A DNA stretch of 64,000 bases from Eledone cirrhosa (GCA_964016885.1 OZ024750.1:43834001-43898000); one strand, 5' to 3'. Shown: positions 1 through 15,291, numbered from the stretch's first letter. A program made the numbers and translations. Notes: generated by a model from the letters alone, not told the origin.

Positions 1-3000
1 ACTATGTAGGGGCATGTGCCAATAGAGGGGGTGTAAAAGCCTCAAAAGGTTAATCGGCCGATTTGACCTGGCCGATAGATATCGACTAGATTTTCCGACT
101 GTACCACTATGGACGTGGACCAATCGCAGCGGAACATCTAGGTCGTACCTAGATAGGGTCCTAGTTAGAGAGAAGGATAGGGACACATTTAGCTGTCCAA
201 AAATGTTCATGGTTGACTATTCGGATCACAAGTTAGTGACCTGCATAGCCAACCTTGATAGAACCCATAGACAGGGACCCGGTTACTGGAAGCTGAACTT
301 GTCCTTACCGAGAAGCAAAGCTTACAGTAAACGGATTAGCACGTTAGTTAAGCAGAGTTTGACAGGGGCAATTGTCAACAACAGGTGGTGGAGCTCTCTT
401 AAGAGAGCAATTAGAATAGAATCGATAGGTTTTAGTCAGGAATTAGCAAGGGATAGGAACAAGACGGAAAGGGAATTAGTAGATAGAGTAGAAGAGGCGA
501 TTAGGAGTGGCAATGTAGCCGGCGTGCTGGCATCAAGAATGGCCTTAGACCAGTTCTTTGAGGTGAAGCATGAAGGCTGCGTTGTCAGGAGTAAAATAAG
601 TGCTCTGGGTAATGAGGGAGCCAAAGCTGTGAGCTGGGCCCGATTGACAGAGGCAAAAAGTGGGAACAAGTCCACGATTCGGTCTTTGAAGGACTAGGAT
701 GCGCGTGTGATCCTTGAACCTGGGCAGATGTGTGCGGCCTTTCAGCGGCACTTTGCACGACTGTTCGAGAGGGGCGGCGCGCCGGGTGAGAATATGGATT
801 TCAATCCATACCTCGACGGTCTGCCGCGCTTCTCGGACGCGGAGGCGAAGTCCTGCGAAAGGACGATTTCAGCTGCTGAGATAGGGGCGGCGCTGAGCCA
901 ATGCGGCAAACGCAAATCCCCGGGTCTCGATGGTCTACCATACGAGCTATATGTAGCGATGCCGGACTTGTTCTCCGATATCCTCGAAGCGGTCTACTGC
1001 AACTGGCAGCAGAACGGGAGAATTCCCAGTTCTGTGACCAAGGGCGTAGTTACGCTGGTGAGGAAGGATGAGAACAAGGGGGATGACATAAGTAACTTCA
1101 GGCCCATAACTCTGCTAAATACAGAGTTAAAGATTTTGGCCAAGGTGTTAGCGAAGAGGTTGGCGCTTGTCGTTGGAAACCTGGTGGGAGAAGCGCAGAC
1201 ATGCGCAATCCCGTCCAGGTCCATTCACGACAATCTCCACTTTATGCGATACATCATAGAGAGGGTAGGGAATGAACCCGGCTTTGGTGGGGCCCTGATC
1301 AACTTGGATCAATCTAAGGCTTTCGATAGGGTTGACCATCGTTACCTGGATGCGGTGCTCGCGGCGGCAGGCTTCGGACCCGTTTTCAAGGGTTGGATTG
1401 CTGCGATGCACAGCAGCAACGTCTGCTCAAGGGTCAAGGTGAACGGCCACCTCTCGGAGCCGTTCCAAATCATGCGATCCATCCGACAGGGATGCCCTCT
1501 GTCCTTCCTACTGTATGTGCTGGCTCTTGAGCCACTACTGCGGAAGTTGGAGCGGTTGCAGGGCATCCCTTTGGAACCGGGATTGCAGAAAGCGGCGTCG
1601 GCCTACGCCGATGACGTGACAGTAATGGTGTCGAAAACCTCGCAAATCGGTGAGATCGGCACCTTACTGGAGGAATATGAAAGGTTTACAGGAGCCAAGC
1701 TGAACCGGGACAAGTCCGTCGGTTTGCAACTCGGAACATGGAGAGGCAAACCGATGCCCTCCAACGACGTCGTCGGACGCTGGACGGAGGGCCCGGTGAA
1801 GCTGCTTGGGGTCTGGTTCGGACCAGACCTCCAGGTGGAGAAAAACTGGAACGAGGTAACGGCCAGGGTGTTTGCACTCACCCAGAAGTGGGCCCAGTGC
1901 AAACTATCCCTGAAAGGTCGAGCGGAGGTGGCGAATACTAATATAGCATCCGTCATCTACTACCGCTTGACCATCGTGCCTTGCCCAGTGAAAAGACTCG
2001 CCAAAATGGAGTGCGCGCTGTTCCAATTTCTTTGGAACAAGCGGACCCCTTTGGGGAGGAGATCCATCTGCTGTCAACACCCTTCGAAAGGAGGGCTGGG
2101 GATGCCGTGGCTACAGATGCGTAAACACGCATTAAGGCTACGGCACCTCCAGGTATTCCTCACCGGTCAACCGGTGTGGGCCCCGTTTGTGAGGCGAGCC
2201 TTTCCCAGACTCGTCTCGCTCACCGAGCTGCAATCCTGGGTCAAGCAAAGACCGAGAAAAGTGGGCGACTTGCACATTGAATGTGCCCAGGCGCTCACGG
2301 CCCTCTGGAAAGCGAACCCGGCAATCAGTGGAGACTCCACCTCGACATTCTATAGAGGGTTGGTACGCAGCAGGTGCGACGATGCTCTCGGAGAAGCTCT
2401 AGGCATGGAGGAAGATGAACTGGCCAGTCTGTTCGGTAGGACGTTTGGCCCTGGACCGATGGACAACTTCCAAAAGTCCCTTGCTTGGCAGTGCTACCGA
2501 GGGGCTCTACCCGTTCGAGACAAGCTCCACAGGCATGGGAGCCTGGGTAGAGATCCTTTGAATAAGATCTGTCCGAGATGCCTGCATGATGACGAAACCG
2601 TTGCGCACGCATTCGTACACTGCCCAGGCATTGCTGACCTGTGGGGCTATGTGGAACGACTACTGTCGAGGGTGGGACCAATCCGGTTGACCACCGAGTC
2701 CATTGTCACGATCGAACCGCCTCCCCCTTTCAAAAACGAAGGAGAGGTGGCTTTTCTCTGTGTGATAGCCATGGCTAAAGAAGTTGTATGGTGGACGAGG
2801 CTGAAAGGGCTGAGATCAGACACCTTTCTCTCCGGCCAACAACTGGTCCCCTTTTTCAAATACCATTTTAAAAGAAGGATCAGAATGGAGAGAGAGGTGC
2901 TCTACCCCAGCAAGTTTTATGAAAGGTGGGTGAAAGTAGGGAGAATGGCCAGAGTGAATGGGTCTTCTCTCTATATCAGCCTGTAGGTGAAAGAAGAGGA

Positions 3001-3221
3001 AAAAGAGGAGACGAGGGAAGCACCTACTCTTTGTGCTCCTGAGGAGAAGGGTTGCACATTTTTTCCGGGGTGTGTGCGACCCATGTTAATGCCCCCTCCC
3101 TATTGAGGACTTCGTTTGTTGTTGTTATTTCATTGTTATATTTTTGTACTCGTTAATTATATGTAAACTTCCCCCCTTGTATCTATCCCTACCTTTTGTG
3201 CCCTAGTGGCAAATAAAGAAA
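1..3221 (+). mobile_element. Tx1/L1-clade non-LTR retrotransposon (ORF2 + 3' UTR), 5' part outside window
   Basis: APE endonuclease C-terminal motifs (WTW...SYLDRVL, YSDH), RT motifs (KSPGLDGL, FRPITLLN, LDQSKAFD, RQGCPLS, YADD), C-terminal CPRC..ETVAHAFVHC zinc knuckle; 3' UTR ends ...GTGGCAAATAAAGAAA. Confidence 0.93.
26..2986 (+). pseudogene. Tx1-like ORF2 (endonuclease-reverse transcriptase) with one in-frame TAG at 695-697
   Basis: ORFs 203..697 and 707..2986 are in the same frame (KD*DARVILEP); probable frameshift in the G-run near position 26-31. Confidence 0.88.
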
Positions 3222-3224
3222 CCA

Positions 3225-3972
3225 CTCTATATATACTATTGTACTTTCACAGTAAAGACTTTACCCCACATAATATCTCACATAACATTTACATGACTCT
3301 ATATATACTATTGTATTTTCACAGTAAAGTCTTTACCTCACATAATATCTCACATAACATTTATATTACTCTATATATACTATTGTATTTTCACAGTAAA
3401 GGCTTTACTTCACATAATATCTCACATAACATTTATATTACTCTATATATACTATTGTATTTTCACAGTAAAGGCTTTACCTCACATAATATCTCACATA
3501 ACATTTATATTACTCTATATATACTATTGTATTTTGACAGTAAGTGCTTTACCTCACATAATATCTCACATAACATTTATATTACTCTATATATACTATT
3601 GTATTTTCAGAGTAAAGGCTTTACCTCATATAATATTTACATTACTCTAAATATACTATTGTATTTTCACAGTAAAGGCTTTACCTCACAAAATATCTCG
3701 CATAACATTTACGTTATTCTATATATACTATTGTATTTTCACAGAAAAGGCTTTACCTCACATAATATCTCACATAACATTTACATTACTCTATATATAC
3801 TATTGTATTTTCAGAGTAAAGGCTTTACCTCATATAACATTTACATTACTCTATATATACTATTGTATTTTCACAGTAAGTGCTTTACCTCACATAATAT
3901 CTCACATAACATTTACATTACTCTATATATACTATTGTATTTTCACAGTAAAGGCTTTACCTCACATAATAT
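3225..3972. repeat. Minisatellite, 72-bp unit (60-bp variants), about 11 copies
   Basis: Unit CTATATATACTATTGTATTTTCACAGTAAAGGCTTTACCTCACATAATATCTCACATAACATTTATATTACT repeated in tandem. Confidence 0.95.
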
Positions 3973-4102
3973 CGAATCTGAGATGTTGTTGTTATTTATT
4001 TTGAGAACAATGCCTTAACATCAGTATGAGTGGCCGGTTTCAACAGGAGAGAAGAGAGATAATTCTGGCCGGATATGGTCTCTTTAAATGCTAAAGGGTT
4101 AA
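3225..4102 (-). mobile_element. piggyBac-like MITE with internal tandem expansion
   Basis: Ends TAAATGCTAAAGGG-TTAA; reverse complement aligns by eye with the TTAA-flanked element at 40832-41060. Confidence 0.7.
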
Positions 4103-4206
4103 AGTCCCACTGATAACATAAATTAATCACGTGAACACGGGACCACAATGTATTATGAAAGTTGCTTTAGACGGCAGAAGGTTTTGGCGTCTGCTACTGC
4201 AATAGG

Positions 4207-4587
4207 GTGATGATGGTGGAGATGGTGGTGATGATGGGGGAGATGGTGGTGATGATGGTGGAGATGGTGGTGATGGTGGTGATGATGGTGGAGATGTTAG
4301 TGATGGTGGTGGAGATGGTGGTGATGATGGTGGTGATGGTGGTGATGATGGTGGTGATGATGGTGGTGATGATGGTGGAGATGGTGGTGATGATGGTGGT
4401 GATGATGGTGGAGATGGTGGTGATGATGGTGGAGATGGTGGTGATGATGGTGGAGATGGTGGTGATGATGGTGGAGATGGTGGTGATGATGGTGGAGATG
4501 GTGGTGATGATGGTGGTGATGATGGTGGAGATGGTGGTGAAGATGTTAGTGATGGCACTGATTGTAATATATATAAATCATTACCAT

Positions 4588-4672
<85 letters not shown>

Positions 4673-4680
4673 CGCGCGCA
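4207..4680. repeat. (GAT/GGT)n compound trinucleotide repeat followed by (GT)n(GC)n
   Basis: Directly visible. Confidence 0.95.
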
Positions 4681-4873
4681 ATAAAAACAGAAATCAGATG
4701 TTGGTACAGAGTTAGTTCATTGTTTTACGATTTATTTCAGAGGGTAGATTGAACAGTGGAGATCGATGTATCGACTAGCATGTTAATGGTTAAGTTACTA
4801 TCTATTTCTAGTCTAGAAAACCCCATTCAATCGGCCGTTCCCCTCGGATACATACATACATATATATATATAC

Positions 4874-4939
<66 letters not shown>

Positions 4940-4979
4940 GATATTAAACAATTGGAAACTATATTTATAAAACCATATT

Positions 4980-5045
4980 TATTTCATTATACATATTTCG
5001 GGGATACCATATTAAAAATATGGCATGCCTTCTTCAGATAAAATA
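4980..5045 (-). ncRNA. Type I hammerhead ribozyme (family A) in Penelope-like terminal fragment 4940-5090
   Basis: Minus strand: UAUUUUAU-CUGAAGA-AGGC-AUGCCAUAUU-UUU-AAUAUGGUAU-CCCC-GAAA-UAUGU-AUA|AUGAAAUA; 8-bp stem I, 10-bp stem II, minimal stem III. Confidence 0.78.
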
Positions 5046-5173
5046 CAATATATAAGCAGTTTTATAAATAATTTTGACGTACCATAAATATTGATCAACT
5101 TTTATGTAAGAAGTTAGTTGTAACCCAACAATTTTAAATAAAACTTTTGCATATATATATATATATATATATT

Positions 5174-5208
<35 letters not shown>

Positions 5209-6001
5209 GAGAGAGGGAGAGGGAGAGAGAGAGAGAGAGAGAGTGGAGAGAGAGAGAGAGAGAGAGAGATGGGCCTAGTTTAGGAGGATACACCTGACGA
5301 CAGGAGGTGTGATTGTGCTGGGTAGGTGCCGCAGTTTTCCGTCTATTGTATTTTATACTCAGTTCTTTAGTTAACCAAAGGTGATCAAGTTGTCACAGTG
5401 AAGTCGAACGGAGAAACTCATGATCAATAAACGAGACTCATAACTATACGGCTATACGAAATAATATTACCACCTTCTCATATTCATAGAACACCTTCTC
5501 ATGAGCAGAATTTACCACAAATTCGTCAGAAATTCAAAGATTAGATATAGAGTTTTAAGCCAAGGTACAATTCAATTTTACATGGCTAACAATGAAACAA
5601 AACGTTGAAATAATCGTTGCAAGCAAAGAAATTCTGGGGATGCGAATCAGAAAATGTGTTTTCATATTTCCTTTTAAGAGTAAGAGAAAGAAAAATGTCT
5701 GCTTTCATGTTTTATCTATTTGGTCTCTATTGAATTGATATATACTTACCTCGATAATGGCTCCATAGTTATCAAAATATTATCGATGATTTCATTGTCT
5801 GCCTTTTTCATACATACATTTAGGAATATAAATAGTGGTGTGTGGGTACACTTATATATATATATGTATATATATATACTTACATGCATGACAAACTGCA
5901 GACTCAAACACATGCACATTTATAAAAATATATTTTTCTCTATTATTTATATCTACATGAAATTAAATTCCTCATTATTCCGCTTCTTCGAGCTTATGTG
6001 A

Positions 6002-8045
<2,044 letters not shown>

Positions 8046-8414
8046 TTATATTTTATTATATTATATTCATATGTGAATATATGAACCCATACCGTATATA
8101 CTAAATTATTTTTCCCTTGTAAGCGAATGTTTGATTTCTTTTTTTTTACGTTGTTCTATTTTATTTTCGTTGTCTTCCACTTTGTTTTTATTACTATATA
8201 TTGTGTCTATATCTGCTATCATTGTTATTGAGTTTTCACCTTGTATTTAAATTACCATTAAATTACTGTTGTTGCTGGCGCCAGAAAGAGGCCTTATAGC
8301 TCATATGCATTCATTACTTAGACTGTTATCTGATAGAGACAGTTTTCGCTCTAAAAGAAAAGTTATTCATTTAGCTTAAGTAATTGTAGATATATATTAT
8401 TTTGGAGAGAATCA

Positions 8415-8500
8415 GTGAACGAGAGAAAGAGAGAGAGAGGGAGAGATAAAGAGACAGAGAAAGAGAGAGAGAGAGATAAAGAGACAGAGAGAGAGAATGA

Positions 8501-8540
<40 letters not shown>

Positions 8541-8578
8541 GAGATAAAGAGAGACTGAGAGGGTGAGTGAGAGAGTGT

Positions 8579-8642
<64 letters not shown>

Positions 8643-8667
8643 AGAAGAGAGAGAGAGAGAGAGAGTG

Positions 8668-8721
<54 letters not shown>

Positions 8722-8753
8722 AGAGAGAGAGAGCGAGAGCGAGAGAGCGAGAG

Positions 8754-8789
<36 letters not shown>

Positions 8790-8862
8790 TGAGAGAAAAC
8801 TGTTTCTGCTTAAATGAACATAGGTGTTGTTTGGGGTGGAAGTGGAGTAATGTAGAAAGTGA

Positions 8863-8895
<33 letters not shown>

Positions 8896-8900
8896 GGTGA
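8415..8900. repeat. (GA)n microsatellite
   Basis: Directly visible. Confidence 0.95.
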
Positions 8901-9104
8901 CAAAGAGAAAATTTCCTATCGATTCGAATATTCGATTCAATTCAACTTTTATCCCTTTCCAAAATATTCAGTCGAAGGAGTTGATAATGAGATAGAAACA
9001 CGACTATACATATGAATATATTTAATATATATCATACATACCTACATACCTTCGTACCTACCTACCTACCTAAATACATACATACGTACATGCATATATA
9101 GGTG

Positions 9105-9156
<52 letters not shown>

Positions 9157-9263
9157 CACACACACACACATTTTTCTTCGATGGTTGATTTTGCAGGAAA
9201 TATTTGTCAGATGTTTGCACATATTATGTGTGGTACATGCTTATGTAGCTATTAAATAAATAA

Positions 9264-9304
<41 letters not shown>

Positions 9305-9382
9305 CATACACACACACATATATGTGTGTATATATATATATATAAATAAATTTATGTATATGTATCTAACTATCTCTCTCTC

Positions 9383-9413
<31 letters not shown>

Positions 9414-9417
<4 letters not shown>

Positions 9418-9529
9418 CGAAGGAAATGTGGTAAGGAACCAGGTGGACCATAACGCACCAAAGTACTCAATACTTGGGGTAGTAGAGTGGGTAATAGGAA
9501 CCAGTAAGACCCCAGGGGTCTTACTGGTT

Positions 9530-9534
<5 letters not shown>
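9414..9534 (-). mobile_element. Fold-back mini-element (family T) in (TA)n
   Basis: Shared constant segment (GTGGTAAGGAACCAG..CCATAACGCACC..AGTACTCAATACTT) plus perfect 20-bp inverted repeat 9494-9513/9515-9534. Confidence 0.85.
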
Positions 9535-9573
<39 letters not shown>

Positions 9574-10010
9574 TATGCATATATGTAAATATATTAATAT
9601 GTGTAGAAGTAAACACAGTAAACCCGTATTTTATTTGTATATGTAAATATATATATTTATATACATATATATGCATATATATACATATATGTGCATATAT
9701 ATATATATATATGTGCATATATATATATATGCATAAATATATATATATATGCATATATATATATATATATGCATATATATATATATATATGCATAAATAT
9801 ATATATATATATGCATATATATATATGCATATATATATATATGCATATATATATATATATGCATATATATATATATATATGCATATATATATATATATGC
9901 ATATATATATATATGAATATATATATATGCATATATATATATATAAGTTATTCCGGGTTGAATCGGAGGTATCCATATGTGAGTGCGCATATGTGGGGTG
10001 ATACATTCCC

Positions 10011-10050
<40 letters not shown>

Positions 10051-10158
10051 TTATATATATATATATATATATAAATCTATATATATGAATATATAAATTT
10101 CATTAACAATTCCGTTCATCTATTTGAAGAACACTTATAGCTAACATTTGTATTGTAG

Positions 10159-10269
10159 ATACCGCCGCCATTATTCAGTATAACTTGATATTATATGGCT
10201 GCCAAATTCAATTTCACACTATAGAGAATCATGGAAGTGTAATATGTTTTTCGACTGTTGTGACTTGGG
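10159..10269 (+). other. Candidate internal coding exon
   Basis: GCTAAC branch-like motif, TTGTAG acceptor, G|GTGAGA donor, 111 nt, open in phase 1 (TAAIIQYNLILYGCQIQFHTIENHGSVICFSTVVTW); no recognised homology. Confidence 0.25.
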
Positions 10270-10834
10270 GTGAGATCATACATTTGAAGAAAATAAGCTG
10301 TCATATCACAAATCGCCAATAGACAGTAACTAGTCTATCTTCTATTATATCTGTATTATATTTAGTTACTTATCATTTAGTAGATATATAATTTCATATA
10401 TACGCTCATATACATATAGCCGTAAAGAGATACATGAAAACACACACACACATATATATATATATATATGCACATAGACTTAGTCACACATAAATATGTA
10501 TGTATAAATATATTTATACATACATACATACATACATATATATATACATATATATGTATAAATATATTTATACATACATACATATATATGTATAAATATA
10601 TTTTAACATACATTCATACATATGTATAAATATATTTATACGTATATACATACATATGTATAAATATATTTATACGTATATACATACATATGTATAAATA
10701 TATTTATACATACATACATATGTATAAATATATTTATACATACATACATATGTATAAATATATTTATACATACATATGTATAAATATATTTATACATACA
10801 TATGTATAAATATATTTATACATACATACATACA

Positions 10835-10865
<31 letters not shown>

Positions 10866-11415
10866 GTATAGATATATTTATACATACATATGCATAAATA
10901 TATTTATACATACATATGTATAAATATATTTATACATACATACATATAAATATATTTATACATACATACATATAAATATATTTATAAATACATACATATA
11001 AATATATTTATACATACATACATATAAATAAATATAATTTCAGCGAGATTGTATTTCGGTGGTGGCCAAAAACAAAACGAAACGCAATCTTCGAGATGTG
11101 CGGCAAGCGCTCAATGGACTAAAAGAAGACCAGAGCAATTAACATACGTTATAGAGGCCAGACAAAATGAAAACAGAGGTCGTGAAGCCATTAGCCACCA
11201 GAAGAAACGATTGTCAGCAATAAAATGTTTTGAACATAGTTTTGATTATTCTGTAATTTATATTCTTGCTCTGTAAAACATCTGATGTATTTACATTGAG
11301 CTATGTTTCTTACTGGTAATAAGGTAGTAATGAATTACTGACCTTTCCAGTTGATAATTATATATAGTGTATATATAAGTATAAATAATATTATTATTAT
11401 TATATATATATATGA

Positions 11416-11608
11416 GGGCGGTGGATTGGCAGTATCGGTGGACGGTCGGACGCCATGCTTTCCAGCATAGTTACGTCCCTTTACGATCTGAGTTCAAATC
11501 CCGCCAAGGTTGACTTTGCCTTTCATCCTTACGGGGTCGATAAAATAAAGTACCAGTAATGCACTGGGTAATTGCTGGCCTTGTGCCTAAAGTAGAAACA
11601 ATTATTAT
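11416..11608 (+). mobile_element. tRNA-derived SINE (main family, about 190 bp)
   Basis: A box TGGCAGTATCGG, B box GTTCAAATCCC, conserved central GACTTTGCCTTTCATCCTTACGGGGTCGATAAAATAAAGTACCAG, (ATT)n tail. Confidence 0.9.
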
Positions 11609-11627
11609 TATATATATATATATATTA

Positions 11628-12298
11628 CTAGCAGAAAAACCACCCTTTGGGTGGTTTTCTGTTAGCATGTGTAGTGTGTATATTGATATTATACGCAAGT
11701 ATATATATATGTAGAATATGACACATCAAATAAAATCGTAATTGACAATATAAACAGCAATTGAACGAAGACTGTGTTACACTGTCCTATGTAATCAGTA
11801 ACGTAATCCATGATACATTAAAAAAGACGATATTATATATAAACTGCATTAGGAGAACATTAGTGACAGAATATTAATGTTTATTTAAGCGATCGCCACC
11901 GGAAGTGTTGACATTTGAACATTTTAAAGAAGTGAATCTTTAAATAAGTAATAAAATATATTTAATGAACAGCCACGAAATTTAGTTGATAAATTATGTA
12001 ATATTCATTCATTAGTTATTCAATGGATTGGCAGTATCGGTAGAGTGTCGGACGCCATGCTTTCTAGCATAGTTACGTCCCTTTACGATCTGAGTTCAAA
12101 TCCCGCCGAGGTTGACTTTGCCTTTCATCCTTACGGGGTCGATAAAATAAAGTACCAGTAATGCACTGGGTAATTGCTGGCCTTGTGCCTAAAGTAGAAA
12201 CAATTATTTATTCAAAGTAATCCAACTTATTTTACTAATGGGATAAACAATTATAAACCGTACGCAGTCCCGCGCTTCTTACTTTATTATAGTTTAGA
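11628..12298 (-). mobile_element. Non-autonomous Helitron-like element (contains SINE 12024-12208)
   Basis: Minus strand begins A|TCTAAACTATAATAAAG and ends hairpin (CAGAAAACCACCC-AAA-GGGTGGTTTTTCTG)-CTAG|T. Confidence 0.55.
12024..12208 (+). mobile_element. SINE (main family)
   Basis: Same A/B boxes and body; short TSD-like TTATTCAA. Confidence 0.9.
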
Positions 12299-12580
12299 TT
12301 TACTGTCAATATATACTCTTCATTTCTCTTAAACTAAAATGTGCATTAGTATTAGTTTTACAAGGCATAAAGTCAGAAATATTCCTTGTTGAAGGAGTTT
12401 GTTATATCGACGAGTCTAGGAAGGCGGAAAATCTTAAATGGTGTCACGGAAAATCTGTGTCATAGAGACAATGTCCGCTCTACTGTTATCTCTCTTCTGT
12501 ATTAGATTAACATATTGTTACTCTCTGCCTTATACTAATATATCAACATTGACTCTAAGGCTTATACTGTTTCATTATTA

Positions 12581-13518
12581 CCCCGTCGAGGTTAACTTTC
12601 CTTTTCATCCTTACGGGGTCGATTAAATAAAGTACCAGTAATGTACTGGTTAATTGCTGGCCTTGTGCCAAAAGTAGAAACAATTATTATCGGTAGAGTG
12701 TCTGACGCCATGCTTTGCAGCATAGAGTTACAGGCCTTTACGATCTGAGTTCAAATCCCGCCGAGGTTAACTTTGCCTTTCATCCTTACGGGGGTTGATA
12801 AAATAAAGTACCAGTAATACACTGGGATAATTGCTGGCCTTGTGCCAAAAGTAGAAAATTATTTCTTTCTGGAATGCCAGTATCGTTAGAAGGTCAGACA
12901 CAATGTTTTGCAGCATAGAGTTACGGCCTTTTATGATCTGAGTTCAAATCCCGCCGAGGTTAACTTTGCCTTTCATCCTTACGGGGTCGATAAAATAAAG
13001 TACCAGTAATGCACTGGGGTCGATTTAATCAACTTCCTCCTCGCCTCAATTGCTGGCCTTGTGCCTATATAAGGAACCATTATTTCTTTCTGGATTGGCA
13101 GTGTCGGTAGAGCGTTAGACACCATGCTTTGTAGCATAGAGTTACCGTCCTTTACGGTCTGCGTTACCGTCCTTTACGGTCTCACCTAGGTTAACTTTGC
13201 CTTTCATCCTTACGGGGTCGATAAAATAAAGTACCAGTAATGTACTGGGATAATTGCTGGCCTTGCCAAAAGTAGAAGCAGTATTATTTCTTTCATGAGT
13301 GTAGGATTGGCAGTATCGGTAGATGGTCGGACACCATATGTCGCGACATAGAGTTATGGCCCTTTACGTTCTCAGTTTAAATCCCGCCGAAGTTATCTTT
13401 GCCTTTCAACCTTATGAGGTCGATAAATATAGCACCAGTAATGAACTGGGGTGGATTTAATCGACTTTCCGCTCCCCTTCAAATTCCCGGCCTTGTGCCT
13501 AAAGTAGAAACACTTATT
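12581..13518 (+). mobile_element. Head-to-tail cluster of five SINE copies
   Basis: Central SINE domain recurs near 12590, 12765, 12960, 13190 and 13390. Confidence 0.88.
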
Positions 13519-13529
13519 TCCTTCATTTC

Positions 13530-14035
13530 CCTCACACTTTCTACCTCAATATATATTCTCAGTTTATCCCTCGGTTTACCTCACACTTTCTACCTCAATA
13601 TATCTCCTAAGTCCCTCCTTTAACCTCACACTTTCTACCTCAATATATCTCCTAAGTCCTTCCTTTAACCTCACACTTTCTACCTCAATATATCTCCTAA
13701 GTCTTTCCTTTAACCTTACACTTTCTACCTCAATATATCTCCTAAGTCCCTCCTTTAACCTTACACTTTCTACCTCAATATATCTCCTAAGTCCCTGGGT
13801 TTACCTCACACTTTCTACCTCAATATATCTCCTAAGTCCCTCCTTTAACCTAACACTTTCTACCTCAATATAGCTCCTAAGTCCTTCCTTTAACCTTACA
13901 CTTTCTACCTCAATATATCTCCTAAGTCCCTCCTTTAACCTCACACTTTCTACCTCAATATAGCTCCTAAGTCCTTCCTTTAACCTTACACTTTCTACCT
14001 CAATATAGCTCCTAAGTCCTTCCTTTAACCTTACA
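13530..14035. repeat. Minisatellite, 45-bp unit, about 11 copies
   Basis: Unit TAACCTCACACTTTCTACCTCAATATATCTCCTAAGTCCCTCCTT. Confidence 0.95.
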
Positions 14036-14190
14036 TGTCAATCTGTAAGTTTTGCTAATATTCTCATAAATTCCGTAACTAGAATTAAACACCATGTGTT
14101 CATATTGTCAAATATTTCACTGGTAATGTTTCTTTCTCTTACAGTTGCAGTTCTATTTAAAGTTACCTTTCAATAGGATTCTCTCTAACA

Positions 14191-14420
14191 CAGATATTCT
14201 CAATCTTTTGGGCCACCACTCCTCATGGCCACGTAATACCCTCAACACCCCCTCGACCCTATTTGCCTACAAGCAAATTGTAAATACTATATAATAAATA
14301 AAATTGTGAATTTATATATAATAAATAATATAATATATACTATCATTTTATATCTAATATACTATTATGTATCATCTCTACCCCACCACGGGACGGTAGC
14401 CCCCACTTTGAGATCATCTA
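14191..14420. mobile_element. hAT-like MITE (degenerate)
   Basis: CAGATATTCTCAATCTTTT ... CCCCCACTTTGAGATCATCTA termini; right part matches 27331-27455 in reverse (CAGAGGTTCTCAAAGTGGG). Confidence 0.5.
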
Positions 14421-14461
14421 CTCTAATATATAAATATTTCTATATTGATGATGTGTCCGTA

Positions 14462-14806
14462 GATAATAGTTTCTGGTTTAGGCACAAGGCCAACAATTTT
14501 GGGGGAGGGCAAAGTCAATTAAATCGACTCCAGTACATTACTGGTACTTTATTTTATCGACCCCGTAAGGATGAAAGGCAAAGCTAACCTCTGTGGGATT
14601 TGAACCCAGAACATAAAGGGACGTCTGCCACGAAAAATAATGGTTTCTGATCTAGGCACGAGGCCAGCAATTTTGAGGGAGGAGAAAGTCGATTAAATTG
14701 ACCCCAGTACATTACTGGTTCTTTATTTTATCGACCCCTTAATGATAAAAGGCAAAACTAACATTGGAGGGGTTGAAACTCAGAACGGAAAGAGACGTAA
14801 CTATGC
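14462..14806 (-). mobile_element. Two 5'-truncated SINE copies
   Basis: Reverse-complement SINE central domain at about 14540 and 14715. Confidence 0.85.
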
Positions 14807-15291
14807 CATAGAAATTATATCACAGAAAATATATTCCAAATTTCAACATCCTCTGCAAGAGAGCTCTGTGAACATTAAACTTCATCAGCCGTGGATCGAA
14901 ACTTGATATTTGATTTCTAACATCTTGTGACACCTCTAAGTAAATAGGTATCAATAACATAGAACCAAATCTGTGGTTCAAAGGAAGGAACATATATCTT
15001 TCTAAGAAAACACAATAATCATGTGACAAGCAGTTAATGCTTTCTTCCACAAGGAAGTGATAAATTGATATCATCCTCCCAACCTTTCTCTCTCAAGAAA
15101 GTGTTGACAAGATGATCAGTGGTTGGTCAAACACTATCTATCTATAACTACCTAGTAACCTGCCTATGTGCCCATTAATCTCCGGACAATGAATACAACA
15201 ACTACATATATGTCTATCTGTCTGTTTGTTTGTCTGACTATCTGATTTACAGGCGAGCTATCTATCTATATATCTTTCTATCTATCTGTCT

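Noticed and set aside
695-697. Programmed readthrough or selenocysteine at in-frame stops (also 48232)
   Set aside because: Both are TAG, not TGA, and are simply explained by point mutation; no supporting signal seen.
3206-4018. 270-aa repetitive ORF
   Set aside because: Product of a 72/60-bp tandem repeat derived from a MITE; starts inside the LINE 3' end.
4127-4752. Extensin-like SPPSP and VMMV ORFs
   Set aside because: Translations of a (GAT/GGT)n microsatellite.
11416-11510. tRNA genes at SINE heads
   Set aside because: A/B boxes present but no cloverleaf; always joined to the SINE body.
14830-15100. Possible ancient LINE RT C-terminal fragment
   Set aside because: Only vague motif resemblance with many stops; cannot be supported without a search.
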